Source: an uncultured Flavobacterium sp. (GTDB lineage: Bacteria > Bacteroidota > Bacteroidia > Flavobacteriales > Flavobacteriaceae). Taken from it: DNA of 64,000 nt. Below, piece by piece: positions 34,622-46,151 of the stretch. How positions within the stretch are numbered: the first letter of the stretch is position 1; every line of letters begins with the position of its first letter. The stretch is taken from NCBI GenBank assembly GCA_964559365.1, contig CAZLGK010000002.1:238-64237 (forward strand). Reading direction: 5' to 3'. The notes under the pieces were generated by a model. That model did not search any database. It saw only the letters and a list, made by a program, of their open reading frames with translations, and was not told where the DNA came from. A program made the translations under genes and the position numbers.

Positions 34622-35173
34622 TTAGTTCTTTTTAAAAGGTAATCCTAGTTCAGTTAATAATGCTTTAGCTTCTGTATCTGTACTTGCAGATGTTACAAAA
34701 GTAATATCAAAACCAGAGATTCTATTAATTTTATCAATATCAATTTCTGGGAAAATGATTTGTTCTAAAACTCCTAAGTTATAATTACCTCTACCATCAA
34801 AACCAGTAGCTTTAATTCCGCCAAAGTCTCTTACAGAAGGCAAAGAAGAAGTAATAAGTCTATCTAAAAACTCATACATTCTTTCACCACGTAAAGTAAC
34901 TTTAGCACCAATTGGCATACCTTTTCTTAATTTAAAAGACGCAACGTCTTTCTTAGAAATAGTAGCTACTGCTAATTGACCAGTAATTTTAGTCATTTCT
35001 TCTACAGCATAATCAACTAACTTTTTGTCAGAGACAGCTGCACCAACTCCACGGCTTACAACTATTTTTTCAAGTTTAGGAACTTGCATAACATTTTTGT
35101 AACCGAATTCTTCTGTAAGAGCAGAGATTACTCTACTCTTATATTCTTCTTTTAATCTAGGTATATAAGCCAT
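34622..35173 (-). CDS. rplE: 50S ribosomal protein L5
   Basis: [26 protein letters not shown]. Confidence 0.99.
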   Translation of the reverse strand: MAYIPRLKEEYKSRVISALTEEFGYKNVMQVPKLEKIVVSRGVGAAVSDKKLVDYAVEEMTKITGQLAVATISKKDVASFKLRKGMPIGAKVTLRGERMYEFLDRLITSSLPSVRDFGGIKATGFDGRGNYNLGVLEQIIFPEIDIDKINRISGFDITFVTSASTDTEAKALLTELGLPFKKN

Positions 35174-35175
35174 TA

Positions 35176-35493
35176 CTATAATACTTGATTAGATTTTTTT
35201 GAAAATCTCACTTTCTTTTCTCCTTCTACTTTGAAACCAACTTTAGTCACTGCTTTTGATTTTGGATCAATCAATGATAAGTTAGAAATATGTATAGGAG
35301 CTTCTTTTTTAACGATACCACCTTGAGGGTTTTTAGCACTTGGTTTTGTATGTTTCGAAACCATGTTTATTCCTTCAACTACCGCTTTGTTTTTATCACG
35401 GATAACACGTAAAACAGTACCTTCTGAACCTTTATGGTCACCAGCGATTACTCTTACTACGTCTCCAGATTTGATTTTTAGCTTTGTCATCAT
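35176..35493 (-). CDS. rplX: 50S ribosomal protein L24
   Basis: KOW motif [18 protein letters not shown]. Confidence 0.98.
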   Translation of the reverse strand: MMTKLKIKSGDVVRVIAGDHKGSEGTVLRVIRDKNKAVVEGINMVSKHTKPSAKNPQGGIVKKEAPIHISNLSLIDPKSKAVTKVGFKVEGEKKVRFSKKSNQVL

Positions 35494-35501
35494 TTTTAGA
35501 A

Positions 35502-35870
35502 TTAAAGCACCTCTGGTGCTAATGATACAATTTTCATGAATTGTTTCTCACGAAGTTCTCTGGCAACTGGACCAAAAACACGAGTACCTCTCATTTCACC
35601 TGCAGCGTTTAACAATACACATGCGTTATCGTCAAAACGGATGTAAGATCCATCAGCTCTTCTCACTTCTTTTTTGGTACGTACAACAACTGCAGTTGAT
35701 ACTGATCCTTTTTTAACGTTTCCGTTAGGAGTTGCATCTTTAATAGAAACTACAATTTTATCTCCAACAGAGGCATAACGACGTTTCGTTCCTCCTAAAA
35801 CACGAATAGTTAAAACTTCTTTAGCTCCCGTGTTATCTGCTACTTTTAATCTTGATTCTTGTTGTACCAT
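35502..35870 (-). CDS. rplN: 50S ribosomal protein L14
   Basis: [21 protein letters not shown]. Confidence 0.99.
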   Translation of the reverse strand: MVQQESRLKVADNTGAKEVLTIRVLGGTKRRYASVGDKIVVSIKDATPNGNVKKGSVSTAVVVRTKKEVRRADGSYIRFDDNACVLLNAAGEMRGTRVFGPVARELREKQFMKIVSLAPEVL

Positions 35871-35872
35871 AA

Positions 35873-36130
35873 TTACTTAGCTCTTTCAATGATTTCAACT
35901 AATCTCCAACATTTAGATTTTGATAAAGGTCTTGTTTCCATGATCTTTACTGTATCTCCAATATTACAGTCGTTTGTTTCGTCGTGTGCAACATATTTCT
36001 TAGTTTTTAACACGAACTTACCGTATAATGGGTGTTTTACTTTTCTTGTTTCAGACACAACAATAGATTTCTCCATTTTGTTACTTGTAACAACACCAAT
36101 TCTCTCTTTTCTTAAATTTCTTTTTTCCAT
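35873..36130 (-). CDS. rpsQ: 30S ribosomal protein S17
   Basis: HPLYGK, ETRPLSK. Confidence 0.99.
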   Translation of the reverse strand: MEKRNLRKERIGVVTSNKMEKSIVVSETRKVKHPLYGKFVLKTKKYVAHDETNDCNIGDTVKIMETRPLSKSKCWRLVEIIERAK

Positions 36131-36147
36131 CTTTCAGCAGAATACAA

Positions 36148-36339
36148 TTATTGTAACTCTCTTTTAGTTAACTCTGTAGCAATTCTCGCAACGGCTCTTC
36201 TCACAGTTCTGATTTGAAGAGGATTCTCAATTGGAGAAATAGTATGAGCTGCTTTTAGGTCAGCATACGTTTTCTTTAACTGACTAAGTTTTTCTTGTAA
36301 CTCAGCTGCAGATAGATTTTTTATTTCTGATTGTTTCAT
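36148..36339 (-). CDS. rpmC: 50S ribosomal protein L29
   Basis: ENPLQIRTVRRAVARI; position in S10 cluster. Confidence 0.97.
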   Translation of the reverse strand: MKQSEIKNLSAAELQEKLSQLKKTYADLKAAHTISPIENPLQIRTVRRAVARIATELTKRELQ

Positions 36340-36351
36340 AATATTTTTTGA

Positions 36352-36771
36352 TTATGCTTCGAAATCTCTAGCAACGACAAACTTAGTTTTAACTGGAAGT
36401 TTTTGAGCAGCAAGACGTAAAGCCTCTTTTGCAATAGATAGTGGAACACCACCAACTTCAAACATGATTCTTCCAGGTTTAACAACTGCAGCCCAATATT
36501 CAACTGCACCTTTACCCTTACCCATACGTACTTCAAGAGGCTTCTTAGTAATAGGTTTATCTGGGAAAATCTTGATCCATAATTGACCCTCTCTTTTCAT
36601 GTAACGAGTTGCAGCAATACGAGCTGCCTCGATTTGACGAGAAGTTAAAAAGCATGAATCTAAAGATTTAATTCCAAACATTCCATTAGAAAGTTCGTGA
36701 CCTCTTTGAGAAACGCCTTTCATTCTACCTTTCTGTACCTTACGGTATTTTGTTCTTTTAGGCTGTAACAT
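36352..36771 (-). CDS. rplP: 50S ribosomal protein L16
   Basis: [18 protein letters not shown]. Confidence 0.99.
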   Translation of the reverse strand: MLQPKRTKYRKVQKGRMKGVSQRGHELSNGMFGIKSLDSCFLTSRQIEAARIAATRYMKREGQLWIKIFPDKPITKKPLEVRMGKGKGAVEYWAAVVKPGRIMFEVGGVPLSIAKEALRLAAQKLPVKTKFVVARDFEA

Positions 36772-36790
36772 TTTTCTTTAGTTTAAAAAA

Positions 36791-37510
36791 TTACTTTCTT
36801 TTGCTTCTGTTTGGTTTACCTTTTCCAGATCCTGCTGATTTAGACTTTTGCTTGTCCATACCAACTAACGGAGAAAGATCTCTTTTTCCATAAACCTCAC
36901 CTTTCATTATCCATACTTTAATTCCCATTCTACCATAAGTAGTATGAGCTTCAGCTAATGCATAATCAATATCAGCTCTGAAAGTTGATAAAGGAATTCT
37001 ACCATCTTTAAAACCTTCTGAACGTGCCATTTCAGCACCATTCAAACGACCAGAAATCAACACTTTAATCCCTTCAGAATTCATTCTCATTGCAGCAGAA
37101 ATTGCCATTTTAATAGCTCTTCTGTACGAAATTCTGTTTTCAATTTGACGTGCGATACTGTTAGCTACTAAAAAAGCATCTAACTCAGGTCTTTTGATTT
37201 CGAAAATATTAATTTGAACTTCTTTGTCTGTAATTTTCTTAAGTTCTTCTTTTAACTTGTCTACCTCTTGACCACCTTTCCCAATAATAATACCAGGTCT
37301 AGCAGTAGTGATAGTAACGGTTACAAGTTTCAAAGTTCTCTCGATAATTATCTTAGATACACTAGCTTTTGATAAACGTGCATGGATATACTTTCTGATT
37401 TTGTAGTCTTCAGCGATTTTATCACCGTAGTCATTTCCACCATACCAGTTTGAGTCCCATCCTCTGATGATACCAAGTCTATTTCCAATTGGATTTGTCT
37501 TTTGTCCCAT
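36791..37510 (-). CDS. rpsC: 30S ribosomal protein S3
   Basis: [18 protein letters not shown]. Confidence 0.99.
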   Translation of the reverse strand: MGQKTNPIGNRLGIIRGWDSNWYGGNDYGDKIAEDYKIRKYIHARLSKASVSKIIIERTLKLVTVTITTARPGIIIGKGGQEVDKLKEELKKITDKEVQINIFEIKRPELDAFLVANSIARQIENRISYRRAIKMAISAAMRMNSEGIKVLISGRLNGAEMARSEGFKDGRIPLSTFRADIDYALAEAHTTYGRMGIKVWIMKGEVYGKRDLSPLVGMDKQKSKSAGSGKGKPNRSKRK

Positions 37511-37518
37511 ACTGTTTA

Positions 37519-37929
37519 TTAATTACTTTGTGTGTTATTATTAGATCCTAATACGATTGTTACGTGATTAGAACGCTTTCTTATTCTATGAGCTCGACCT
37601 TGAGGTGCTGGTCTAAGTCTTTTCAACATAGCACCACCATCTACTCTGATCTCTTTAACGATTAAACCCGCATCTTCTAAACTTGCTTCTGCGTTTTTAG
37701 CTTGCCAATTAGCAATAGCTGATAACAAAAGTTTCTCAAGTTTATTAGAAGCTTCTTTACTATTAAATCTTAAAATATTAAGAGCTAATTCTACCTTCTG
37801 ACCTCTTACTAAATCTGCAACAATACGCATTTTTCTAGGTGAAGTAGGGCAGTTATTCAATTTTGCGAAAGCAATAGACTTATTAGCCTCTTTTCTCGCA
37901 TCTGCTGTTTCTCTTTTACGAACTCCCAT
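37519..37929 (-). CDS. rplV: 50S ribosomal protein L22
   Basis: [13 protein letters not shown]. Confidence 0.99.
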   Translation of the reverse strand: MGVRKRETADARKEANKSIAFAKLNNCPTSPRKMRIVADLVRGQKVELALNILRFNSKEASNKLEKLLLSAIANWQAKNAEASLEDAGLIVKEIRVDGGAMLKRLRPAPQGRAHRIRKRSNHVTIVLGSNNNTQSN

Positions 37930-37934
37930 GCCTC

Positions 37935-38213
37935 TTATTTTTTACCTTTATTTTTTGCACCTGCATGACCTCTAAAAGATCTTGTTGGTGAAAATTCTCC
38001 TAATTTATGTCCTACCATGTTTTCAGTAACGTAAACAGGTACAAATTGACGACCATTATGAACTGCGATAGTTTGTCCAACAAAATCTGGAGTTATCATA
38101 GATGCTCTTGACCAAGTCTTGATCACAGCTTTACTATCTTTCTCAACATTGTCTTGAACTTTTTTCTCTAGTTTATAGTGAACATAAGGTCCTTTTTTTA
38201 ATGAACGTGCCAT
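37935..38213 (-). CDS. rpsS: 30S ribosomal protein S19
   Basis: [20 protein letters not shown]. Confidence 0.99.
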   Translation of the reverse strand: MARSLKKGPYVHYKLEKKVQDNVEKDSKAVIKTWSRASMITPDFVGQTIAVHNGRQFVPVYVTENMVGHKLGEFSPTRSFRGHAGAKNKGKK

Positions 38214-38223
38214 ATCTTACTTA

Positions 38224-39048
38224 TTATTTCTTTCTACGTTCTACAATATACTTATTACTCGGGTTAACTTTAGAACGAGTTCTATAACCTTTAGCTGGTA
38301 AACCTTTTCTTGAACGTGGGTGACCTCCTGAAGAACGTCCTTCACCACCACCCATTGGGTGATCAACTGGGTTCATTGCAACTGGTCTAGTTCTTGGTCT
38401 TCTTCCTAACCATCTAGTTCTACCAGCTTTACCTGATACAACTAATTGGTGATCAGAGTTAGAAACCGCTCCAATTGTAGCCATACATGTTAACAAAATT
38501 AATCTTGTTTCACCTGAAGGCATTTTAATTGTAGCATACTTTCCATCTCTAGCCATTAATTGAGCAAAAGTTCCAGCAGAACGAGCGATAATAGCTCCTT
38601 GACCTGGTCTCAATTCGATACATGATATAACTGTACCAAGAGGAATTTTACTTAAAGGCATTGCATTTCCAATTTCAGGAGCTGCATCTGGACCTGAAAC
38701 TAAAGTTTGTCCAACTTCTAAACCGTTTTGTGCAATAACATAAGTTTTAGCACCGTCAGCATAAGCTAACAACGAAATAAAAGCAGAACGATTCGGATCG
38801 TACTCGATTGTTTTAACTACAGCTGGAATTCCAGTTTTAGTTCTTTTAAAATCGATCATACGATATCTTTGCTTATGACCACCACCTGTGTAACGCATGG
38901 TCATTTTTCCTTGACTATTTCTACCTCCAGAGTTTTTTTTCGGTGCGATTAATGAACGCTCCGGCTTATCAGTTGTAATAGTGTCAAAGCTATTAACAAC
39001 TCTAAAACGCTGACCTGGGGTAATAGGTTTTAATTTTCTAACTGACAT
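38224..39048 (-). CDS. rplB: 50S ribosomal protein L2
   Basis: [21 protein letters not shown]. Confidence 0.99.
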   Translation of the reverse strand: MSVRKLKPITPGQRFRVVNSFDTITTDKPERSLIAPKKNSGGRNSQGKMTMRYTGGGHKQRYRMIDFKRTKTGIPAVVKTIEYDPNRSAFISLLAYADGAKTYVIAQNGLEVGQTLVSGPDAAPEIGNAMPLSKIPLGTVISCIELRPGQGAIIARSAGTFAQLMARDGKYATIKMPSGETRLILLTCMATIGAVSNSDHQLVVSGKAGRTRWLGRRPRTRPVAMNPVDHPMGGGEGRSSGGHPRSRKGLPAKGYRTRSKVNPSNKYIVERRKK

Positions 39049-39054
39049 TTTCTA

Positions 39055-39345
39055 TTAGATATTGTTATAAAAATCTATTGTTTCTCCTTCTTGTACTTGA
39101 ACAATTGCTTTTTTGTAAGCATTTGTTTTTCCACTGATCAAACCACTCTTGGTATATTTAACACTTCTATTTGGTCTGTAATTCATCGTATTTACTTCAA
39201 CTACATTCACACCATAAGCAGCCTCAACTGCATTTTTGATTTGAATTTTGTTTGCAGTTTTTTGAACGATAAAACCAAAACGGTTAAAAATTTCACCATC
39301 TTTAGTTATTTTTTCAGTTATAATTGGCTTAATAATGATACTCAT
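39055..39345 (-). CDS. rplW: 50S ribosomal protein L23
   Basis: PIITEK, YKKAIV. Confidence 0.98.
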   Translation of the reverse strand: MSIIIKPIITEKITKDGEIFNRFGFIVQKTANKIQIKNAVEAAYGVNVVEVNTMNYRPNRSVKYTKSGLISGKTNAYKKAIVQVQEGETIDFYNNI

Positions 39346-39352
39346 AACCTTA

Positions 39353-39982
39353 TTATTTACTTAAATTAGCTTCAATCTCTCCTAAAGACCCCTCTAAAAG
39401 AACCAAACTTTTAGCATTTAAAATACCGTAAGTGTTTAATTCAGAAGTAGTTACAACAGAAGATGATTTTAAATTACGTGACGACAAATATACATTTTTA
39501 TTTGTATCACCCAACACGAATAATGATTTTTTATTTTCTAACCCTAAAGCTTTCAATACGTTAATGAAATTTTTAGTGTTTGGAGTGTCAAAACTGAAGT
39601 CTTCTACAACGATCAAATTAGATTCTTTTGCCTTAATAGATAAAGCTGATTTACGAGCTAATCTTTTTAAGTTTTTATTTAATTTGAAAGAATAACTTCT
39701 TGGTCTAGGACCAAAAACAGTACCACCACCTTTAAATAAAGGATTCTTAATACTACCAGCACGAGCTGTACCAGTTCCTTTTTGCTTTTTAATCTTACGA
39801 GTACTTCCAGTAACCTCAGCTCTTTCCTTAGCTTTATGAGTTCCTTGTCTTTGATTTGCTAAATATTGCTTAACATCAAGATAAACTGCGTGATTATTTG
39901 GCTCAATTGCGAATACTGAATCAGAAAGTTGAACTTTTCTTCCAGTATCTTTTCCGTTGAAATCTACTACTTTTACTTCCAT
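39353..39982 (-). CDS. rplD: 50S ribosomal protein L4
   Basis: [21 protein letters not shown]. Confidence 0.99.
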   Translation of the reverse strand: MEVKVVDFNGKDTGRKVQLSDSVFAIEPNNHAVYLDVKQYLANQRQGTHKAKERAEVTGSTRKIKKQKGTGTARAGSIKNPLFKGGGTVFGPRPRSYSFKLNKNLKRLARKSALSIKAKESNLIVVEDFSFDTPNTKNFINVLKALGLENKKSLFVLGDTNKNVYLSSRNLKSSSVVTTSELNTYGILNAKSLVLLEGSLGEIEANLSK

Positions 39983-40599
39983 TACTTCTGAATGATTACA
40001 TAAGAGTTCTTGTGTCCAGGAATAGCTCCTTTAACAACTAATAAGTTCTTTTCAGCAACAACTTTCAAAACTTTTAAGTTTTGAACTGTAACATTATCAC
40101 CACCCATTCTTCCAGCCATTCGCATTCCTTTGAATACTCTAGATGGGTAAGATGAAGCTCCAACAGAACCCGGTGCTCTCAAACGGTTATGTTGACCATG
40201 AGTTGCTTGACCAACACCACCAAAACCGTGACGTTTTACAACACCTTGAAAACCTTTACCTTTTGATACACCTTGTACATCAACAAACTCACCTTCAGTG
40301 AACAATTCTACAGTGATAACATCACCTAATTTGTGCTCTTGTTCAAACTCCTTTATTTCAACGACTTTTTTCTTCGCAACAGTTCCTGCTTTTTTAAAGT
40401 GAGCTGCCTCAGCTTTAACAGTTTGTTTTTCAGATTTGTCATCGAAACCAAGTTGTAGAGCAACGTACCCGTCAACCTCCTCGGTTCTGACTTGGGTAAC
40501 TACACATGGGCCAGCTTCGATTACTGTACAAGGAATATTTTTCCCGTTTTCATCAAAAATGCTAGTCATGCCAATTTTTCTTCCGATTAACCCAGACAT
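39982..40599 (-). CDS. rplC: 50S ribosomal protein L3
   Basis: [23 protein letters not shown]. Confidence 0.99.
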   Translation of the reverse strand: MSGLIGRKIGMTSIFDENGKNIPCTVIEAGPCVVTQVRTEEVDGYVALQLGFDDKSEKQTVKAEAAHFKKAGTVAKKKVVEIKEFEQEHKLGDVITVELFTEGEFVDVQGVSKGKGFQGVVKRHGFGGVGQATHGQHNRLRAPGSVGASSYPSRVFKGMRMAGRMGGDNVTVQNLKVLKVVAEKNLLVVKGAIPGHKNSYVIIQK

Positions 40600-40673
40600 A
40601 TTAAACTAATTATTAATTAAATTTTTGTTTTTTTTGTGCACATATAATAAATACACACCTCTTTTTGAGGGTG

Positions 40674-40709
40674 CAAATATATAATTATTTTTTAAATACC
40701 GCAAATATA
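40674..40709 (-). promoter_or_regulatory. rplC promoter: TATATTTG at 40674-40681, second TATATTTG at 40702-40709
   Basis: Two exact -7 matches. The TTTG of the upstream one lies 20 nt before the downstream one, i.e. at -33 spacing. Confidence 0.75.
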
Positions 40710-40764
40710 ATTAGTTAGACAAAAAATGATTAAATTTTATCTAAAAAAAGCAACTTGAAGTGTT

Positions 40765-40800
40765 AAAAAAAACCGCTGTGAATGAACACAGGCGGTTTTT
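40765..40800 (-). terminator. Intrinsic terminator after rpsJ
   Basis: Minus strand ACCGCCTGTG-TTCATT-CACAGCGG-T8 (one bulge). Confidence 0.8.
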
Positions 40801-40831
40801 ATTTTAAACTGTTTAATCAGCTTATATGAAA

Positions 40832-41137
40832 TTATACTTTAATTTCAACTTCAACCCCACTTGGTAACTCTAATTTCATTAAAGCATCAATAGTTTTTGA
40901 AGAAGAACTATAAATATCTAATAATCTCTTGTAAGAGCTTAATTCAAATTGCTCTCTAGATTTTTTGTTAACGTGTGGTGAACGTAAAACAGTGAAAATC
41001 TTTTTATTAGTTGGTAAAGGAATAGGACCAGTAACTACAGCTCCAGTACTCTTTACAGTTTTTACAATCTTTTCAGCAGACTTATCTACCAACATGTGAT
41101 CGTAAGATTTTAATTTTATTCTGATTTTTTGACTCAT
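40832..41137 (-). CDS. rpsJ: 30S ribosomal protein S10
   Basis: [23 protein letters not shown]. Confidence 0.99.
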   Translation of the reverse strand: MSQKIRIKLKSYDHMLVDKSAEKIVKTVKSTGAVVTGPIPLPTNKKIFTVLRSPHVNKKSREQFELSSYKRLLDIYSSSSKTIDALMKLELPSGVEVEIKV

Positions 41138-41148
41138 TTTCTTAAAAA

Positions 41149-43305
41149 TTAAGCGTTACCTTTTGCTTTTTTAATTACCTCTTCTGAAATATTAGAAGGC
41201 GTTTCTGCATAGTGTGAAAACTCCATAGTAGAAGTTGCTCTACCAGATGACAATGTTCTTAATGTAGTTACATATCCGAACATTTCTGATAACGGCACAT
41301 CTGCTTTAATAGTTTTTGCACCAGATCTATCGCCCATGTCATTAACTTGACCTCTTCTTCTATTTAAATCTCCAACGATATCACCCATGTTTTCTTCAGG
41401 AGTAATAACTTCGATTTTCATGATAGGTTCAAGGATAACAGCACCAGCAGCTTTTGCTACTTCTTTATAACCTAACTTCGCAGCTAATTCAAAAGAAAGA
41501 GCATCAGAATCCACAGGATGGAAAGATCCATCAGATAAAGTCACTTTCAAACTATCCACTGCATAACCGGCTAATGGACCTGTTTTCATAGCTTCACGGA
41601 AACCTTTTTCAACCGCAGGAATATATTCCTTAGGTACATTACCTCCTTTTACAGCATTAACAAACTGCAAACCAAAAGCAGGCTTACCATCAACTTCTTC
41701 TGCAGGCTCAATTGTAAATACAATATCACCAAATTTACCACGACCACCAGATTGCTTCTTATAAGTCTCTCTATGAGTAGCAGTTTTTGTAAAAGCCTCT
41801 TTATATTCAACTTGAGGTTCACCTTGGTCAACTTCAACTTTAAATTCACGTTTCATTCTATCAATTAGGATATCTAAGTGCAACTCACCCATACCAGAAA
41901 TAATAGTTTGACCAGAAGCTTCATCAGTTCTAACTGTAAATGTAGGATCCTCTTCAGCTAACTTAGCTAAAGCCATACCCATTTTATCAACGTCAGCTTT
42001 TGTTTTAGGCTCAATTGCAATACCAATTACAGGATCAGGGAATTTCATTGACTCAAGAATAATTGGGTGCTTTTCGTCACACATAGTATCTCCAGTCTTG
42101 ATATCTTTAAATCCTACAGCAGCTCCAATATCTCCAGCTTCGATAAAATCGATTGGGTTTTGCTTGTTAGCGTGCATTTGGTAGATACGAGAAATACGCT
42201 CTTTGTTTCCTGAACGTGTGTTCAAGATATAAGAACCTGCATCTAAACGACCTGAATAAGCACGGAAGAAAGCTAAACGACCAACATAAGGGTCAGTAGC
42301 AATTTTAAATGCTAAAGCAGCAAAAGGCTCTTTTGGATCAGGACGACGTAATATTTTTGTTTGATCTTCCTCTAACAACTCTAAATCATCAGGATGAATA
42401 CCTTCAATACCTTCTTTATCTAAAGGAGATGGTAAATATTTACAAACAGCATCTAACATGAACTGAACCCCTTTGTTTTTAAAAGCAGAACCAGCAATCA
42501 TAGGAATGATAGCCATATCAATAGTAGCAGCTCTTAACGCAGCATTAATTTCATCTTCAGTAATAGAATTTTCATCTTCCATGTACTTATCTAAAAGATT
42601 CTCGTCATAAGTTGCGATTTCTTCAATAAGAATTGAACGATATTCTTTTACTTCATCAACCATATCAGCTGGAATGTCGATAATATCAAAAGTAGCCCCT
42701 TGAGTTTCGTCATGCCAAACAATAGCCTGATTTTTCACTAAGTCAACAACACCCCTAAAGTCATTTTCTTCACCAATAGGCAAAGTAATAGCTACAGCAT
42801 TAGACTTCAACATGTCCTTAACTTGTTGACAAACAGCCAAAAAGTTAGAACCTTGACGGTCCATTTTATTAACAAACCCCATACGAGGCACTCTGTACTG
42901 ATCAGCAAGTCTCCAGTTAGTTTCTGACTGAGGCTCAACACCATCAACAGCACTAAATAAAAACACTAAACCATCTAGTACACGTAACGAACGATTTACC
43001 TCTACAGTAAAATCAACGTGCCCAGGAGTGTCAATGATATTAAAGTGATATGCTTGTGATTCTGGTAATATTTTACCTTGTTGTGTTGGAAAATTCCACT
43101 CACAAGTAGTCGCAGCAGAAGTAATAGTAATACCTCTTTCTTGCTCTTGCGCCATCCAGTCCATTGTTGCTGCACCATCATGCACTTCACCAATTTTGTG
43201 TGATTTTCCAGTATAGAATAATACACGCTCAGTTGTTGTTGTTTTACCAGCATCAATATGAGCAGCAATTCCAATATTTCTTGTATATTTTAAATCTCTT
43301 GCCAT
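41149..43305 (-). CDS. fusA: Elongation factor G
   Basis: [23 protein letters not shown]. Confidence 0.99.
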   Translation of the reverse strand: MARDLKYTRNIGIAAHIDAGKTTTTERVLFYTGKSHKIGEVHDGAATMDWMAQEQERGITITSAATTCEWNFPTQQGKILPESQAYHFNIIDTPGHVDFTVEVNRSLRVLDGLVFLFSAVDGVEPQSETNWRLADQYRVPRMGFVNKMDRQGSNFLAVCQQVKDMLKSNAVAITLPIGEENDFRGVVDLVKNQAIVWHDETQGATFDIIDIPADMVDEVKEYRSILIEEIATYDENLLDKYMEDENSITEDEINAALRAATIDMAIIPMIAGSAFKNKGVQFMLDAVCKYLPSPLDKEGIEGIHPDDLELLEEDQTKILRRPDPKEPFAALAFKIATDPYVGRLAFFRAYSGRLDAGSYILNTRSGNKERISRIYQMHANKQNPIDFIEAGDIGAAVGFKDIKTGDTMCDEKHPIILESMKFPDPVIGIAIEPKTKADVDKMGMALAKLAEEDPTFTVRTDEASGQTIISGMGELHLDILIDRMKREFKVEVDQGEPQVEYKEAFTKTATHRETYKKQSGGRGKFGDIVFTIEPAEEVDGKPAFGLQFVNAVKGGNVPKEYIPAVEKGFREAMKTGPLAGYAVDSLKVTLSDGSFHPVDSDALSFELAAKLGYKEVAKAAGAVILEPIMKIEVITPEENMGDIVGDLNRRRGQVNDMGDRSGAKTIKADVPLSEMFGYVTTLRTLSSGRATSTMEFSHYAETPSNISEEVIKKAKGNA

Positions 43306-43315
43306 TTCTTATTTA

Positions 43316-43792
43316 TTAAAATCTGAAGTGAGAGAATGCTTTATTTGCATCTGCCATTTTATGAGTATCCATTCTTTTCTTAACCGCAGCACCTTCTTCT
43401 TTGGAAGCTGCTAAGATTTCAGATGACAATTTACCTGCCATAGATTTCTCATTTCTTTTTCTTGCATATAATATTAACCATTTCATTGCAGTAGAAATTT
43501 TTCTATCTGGACGAATTGGCATTGGTATTTGGAACGTTGCTCCACCTACTCTACGACTTCTAACTTCTACGTGAGGCATAACATTTGTTAATGCATCTTT
43601 CCAAAGCTCTAAAGCTGTTTTTTCTGTATCTCCTTTTTTAGCTTCTACAATGTCTAATGCATCATAAAATACTTTAAAAGCTGTTGATTTTTTACCATCC
43701 CACATTAAGTTGTTTACAAAACGTGTTACTAACTGATCGTTAAATTTAGGATCCGGTAAAAGAGGTCTTTTTTTGGCTGCTCTTTTTCTCAT
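43316..43792 (-). CDS. rpsG: 30S ribosomal protein S7
   Basis: [21 protein letters not shown]. Confidence 0.99.
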   Translation of the reverse strand: MRKRAAKKRPLLPDPKFNDQLVTRFVNNLMWDGKKSTAFKVFYDALDIVEAKKGDTEKTALELWKDALTNVMPHVEVRSRRVGGATFQIPMPIRPDRKISTAMKWLILYARKRNEKSMAGKLSSEILAASKEEGAAVKKRMDTHKMADANKAFSHFRF

Positions 43793-43816
43793 GTCTTTTC
43801 TTTAAAAGTTTAAAAA

Positions 43817-44200
43817 TTACTTTTTAGCGTCTTTTGGTCTTTTTGCTCCGTACTTAGATCTTCTTTGAGTTCTACCGCTAACTCCGGCAGTATCCAAAGC
43901 ACCACGTACAATGTGGTATCTAACACCTGGCAAATCTTTAACTCTTCCACCTCTAACTAATACTATCGAGTGCTCCTGTAGATTGTGTCCTTCTCCAGGG
44001 ATGTAAGCATTTACTTCATTACCATTTGTCAAACGCACACGCGCAACTTTACGCATTGCAGAGTTTGGTTTTTTTGGTGTTGTAGTATACACACGCGTAC
44101 AAACCCCTCTTCTTTGAGGACAAGAATCTAAAGCAGCCGATTTACTCTTCTTAGTTATTTTGGCTCTTCCTGTTCTTACTAATTGTTGAATTGTTGGCAT
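43817..44200 (-). CDS. rpsL: 30S ribosomal protein S12
   Basis: [17 protein letters not shown]. Confidence 0.99.
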   Translation of the reverse strand: MPTIQQLVRTGRAKITKKSKSAALDSCPQRRGVCTRVYTTTPKKPNSAMRKVARVRLTNGNEVNAYIPGEGHNLQEHSIVLVRGGRVKDLPGVRYHIVRGALDTAGVSGRTQRRSKYGAKRPKDAKK

Positions 44201-44252
44201 AACTGTTAATAATTGTTACTAATAATTTAATATCCCCGATTTTTAGGGGATG

Positions 44253-44283
44253 CAAATGTAATGATTAATTTAAACAAAACAAA
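44253..44283 (-). promoter_or_regulatory. str operon promoter TTTG-N19-TACATTTG
   Basis: -7 at 44253-44260 and -33 TTTG at 44280-44283, followed by a 5' hairpin ATCCCC-N8-GGGGAT. Confidence 0.8.
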
Positions 44284-44394
44284 CTTAATCTATTAATTTT
44301 CAATGAACTTTAAAAAAAGTTATTCAACTTTTACTCAACAACCTATTTACAAGACATTATACTTATTTTATTTTTTTTACGTTTCTTTACAACC

Positions 44395-46056
44395 ATGAAA
44401 TATTTTATTCTTTTTTTAACTTTATTTCTATGCAATCTTTCTTTCTCACAAAATTTTTATTTAAAAATTAAAGGAGAAAACGAATTAGAAACGAAACAAA
44501 TTGACTCCTTGAAATACGAGAGTCAACACAATCTTGTTGCAGACCTATTAAAAGAGAAAGAAAAGTTTGATTTAAAACTTCAAAACAATGGCTTTTTTGA
44601 AGGTGAATTAATAAATCAAATAAAAATAAATGACAGCACATTTGTATTTCAGTATAAACTAGGATTACCTTTAAAACATATAGACATATATATAGATACA
44701 ATTTCTGAAGAACTTCAAAGCATTCTACAGATTGAATCCGATTCTATTCATTTGAAAATAAGTGAAACTGAAAATTGGATGCAATCTAAAATCAACTTAC
44801 TTGAAAAGAAAGGTTACTCCTTGGCTAAACTTTTACTTAGAAATCACAAGCAAACTAAAAAAGGACTTTCCGCTAATTTGTTTGTTGAATTAAATCAAAA
44901 AAGAACTCTAGACGATTTGGTAATACTTGGCTATGATAAATTCCCAACAAACATTAAAAAGAATTGGGTTAAAAAGTATAAAAAAAGAATTTTTAACCAA
45001 GATTTAGTAAAAGGAATTAATGAAGATTTTTCAGAACTAACCTTTATTACACAGACTAAATATCCAGAAATATTATTCACTGACAACACAACAAAAATAT
45101 ATACTTATTTAGAAAAATCAAAACCAAATGTTTTTGACGGTTTTATCGGTTTTTCAAATGATGAGAATAGCAAATTAGTTTTTAATGGTTATTTAGATTT
45201 GTCTTTACAAAACATATTTAATTCTGGCGAAAAATTCAAACTGTATTGGAAAAATGACGGAAGACAACAAACTTCCTTTAATTTAGGAACAGAATTACCC
45301 TACTTACTTAAAAGTCCTCTTGGCTTAAAAGCAGACTTAAGAATATTTAAAAGAGATAGCACTTTTCAAAATACAATTGCTGATTTAAACATAGGCTACT
45401 ACTTTAACTACAATAAAAAAATGTTTATTGGCTTTCAAAATACAAAATCTGTAGATATTCAAAAAATAAATTCTACTATTCTTAATAATTTTACAAATAC
45501 TTTTTATACATATAGTTTTGAATATTTTAAAAGAAAAATAGATGATTTTTTATTTCCAGAAAGAACAAATTTTATTTTCAAAACAGGTTTTGGAAATCGA
45601 AAAATAGCTTCTGAAAAAACTTCTCAGCTTTTTGGACAAATAGACGCTTCTCACACACTATACTTAAACACAAAGAACAACATTCGAATAAAAAACCAAA
45701 CGTTTTATTTGAATAGTGAAGCGTATATAATAAACGAACTGTATCGTTTTGGAGGGATTAATTCCATTAGAGGTTTTAGAGAGAATAGCCTACAAGCAAA
45801 TTTTTTTTCTGGTCTAATGCTTGAATATAACTATATATTAGCTCCAAACATATATATCCATTCAATTACTGATTATGGATATTTTCAAGATAAAGCATCA
45901 AATTTACAAGATAGCTTATTAGGACTTGGTTTTGGTTTTGGACTATTAACAAACAACGGACTATTTAATTTAGTTTACGCTAATGGCTCTACAAATGACC
46001 AAGCCATAAAACTATCCAATTCAATAATTCACATCAGTTTTAAAACGAATTTCTAA
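44395..46056 (+). CDS. Omp85/TamA-like outer-membrane protein (POTRA-like region plus beta-barrel)
   Basis: Signal peptide, LQNIFNSGE, FGGINSIRGF (VRGF-like) motif, C-terminal Phe. Confidence 0.75.
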   Translation: MKYFILFLTLFLCNLSFSQNFYLKIKGENELETKQIDSLKYESQHNLVADLLKEKEKFDLKLQNNGFFEGELINQIKINDSTFVFQYKLGLPLKHIDIYIDTISEELQSILQIESDSIHLKISETENWMQSKINLLEKKGYSLAKLLLRNHKQTKKGLSANLFVELNQKRTLDDLVILGYDKFPTNIKKNWVKKYKKRIFNQDLVKGINEDFSELTFITQTKYPEILFTDNTTKIYTYLEKSKPNVFDGFIGFSNDENSKLVFNGYLDLSLQNIFNSGEKFKLYWKNDGRQQTSFNLGTELPYLLKSPLGLKADLRIFKRDSTFQNTIADLNIGYYFNYNKKMFIGFQNTKSVDIQKINSTILNNFTNTFYTYSFEYFKRKIDDFLFPERTNFIFKTGFGNRKIASEKTSQLFGQIDASHTLYLNTKNNIRIKNQTFYLNSEAYIINELYRFGGINSIRGFRENSLQANFFSGLMLEYNYILAPNIYIHSITDYGYFQDKASNLQDSLLGLGFGFGLLTNNGLFNLVYANGSTNDQAIKLSNSIIHISFKTNF

Positions 46057-46151
46057 ATTCTACCATCAGACAATTCTATTGTTCGAAAATTAAAATACTA
46101 AAAGGTCTAAAATCTAAGTTTCTAACAATCTAAAAATACTATCTTTGCCAA

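Noticed and set aside
40832-44200. str operon lacking tuf; possible streptomycin-resistance alleles in rpsL
   Set aside because: rpsL-rpsG-fusA-rpsJ is standard for Bacteroidota, and the PKKPNSA and RVKDLPG motifs are wild type
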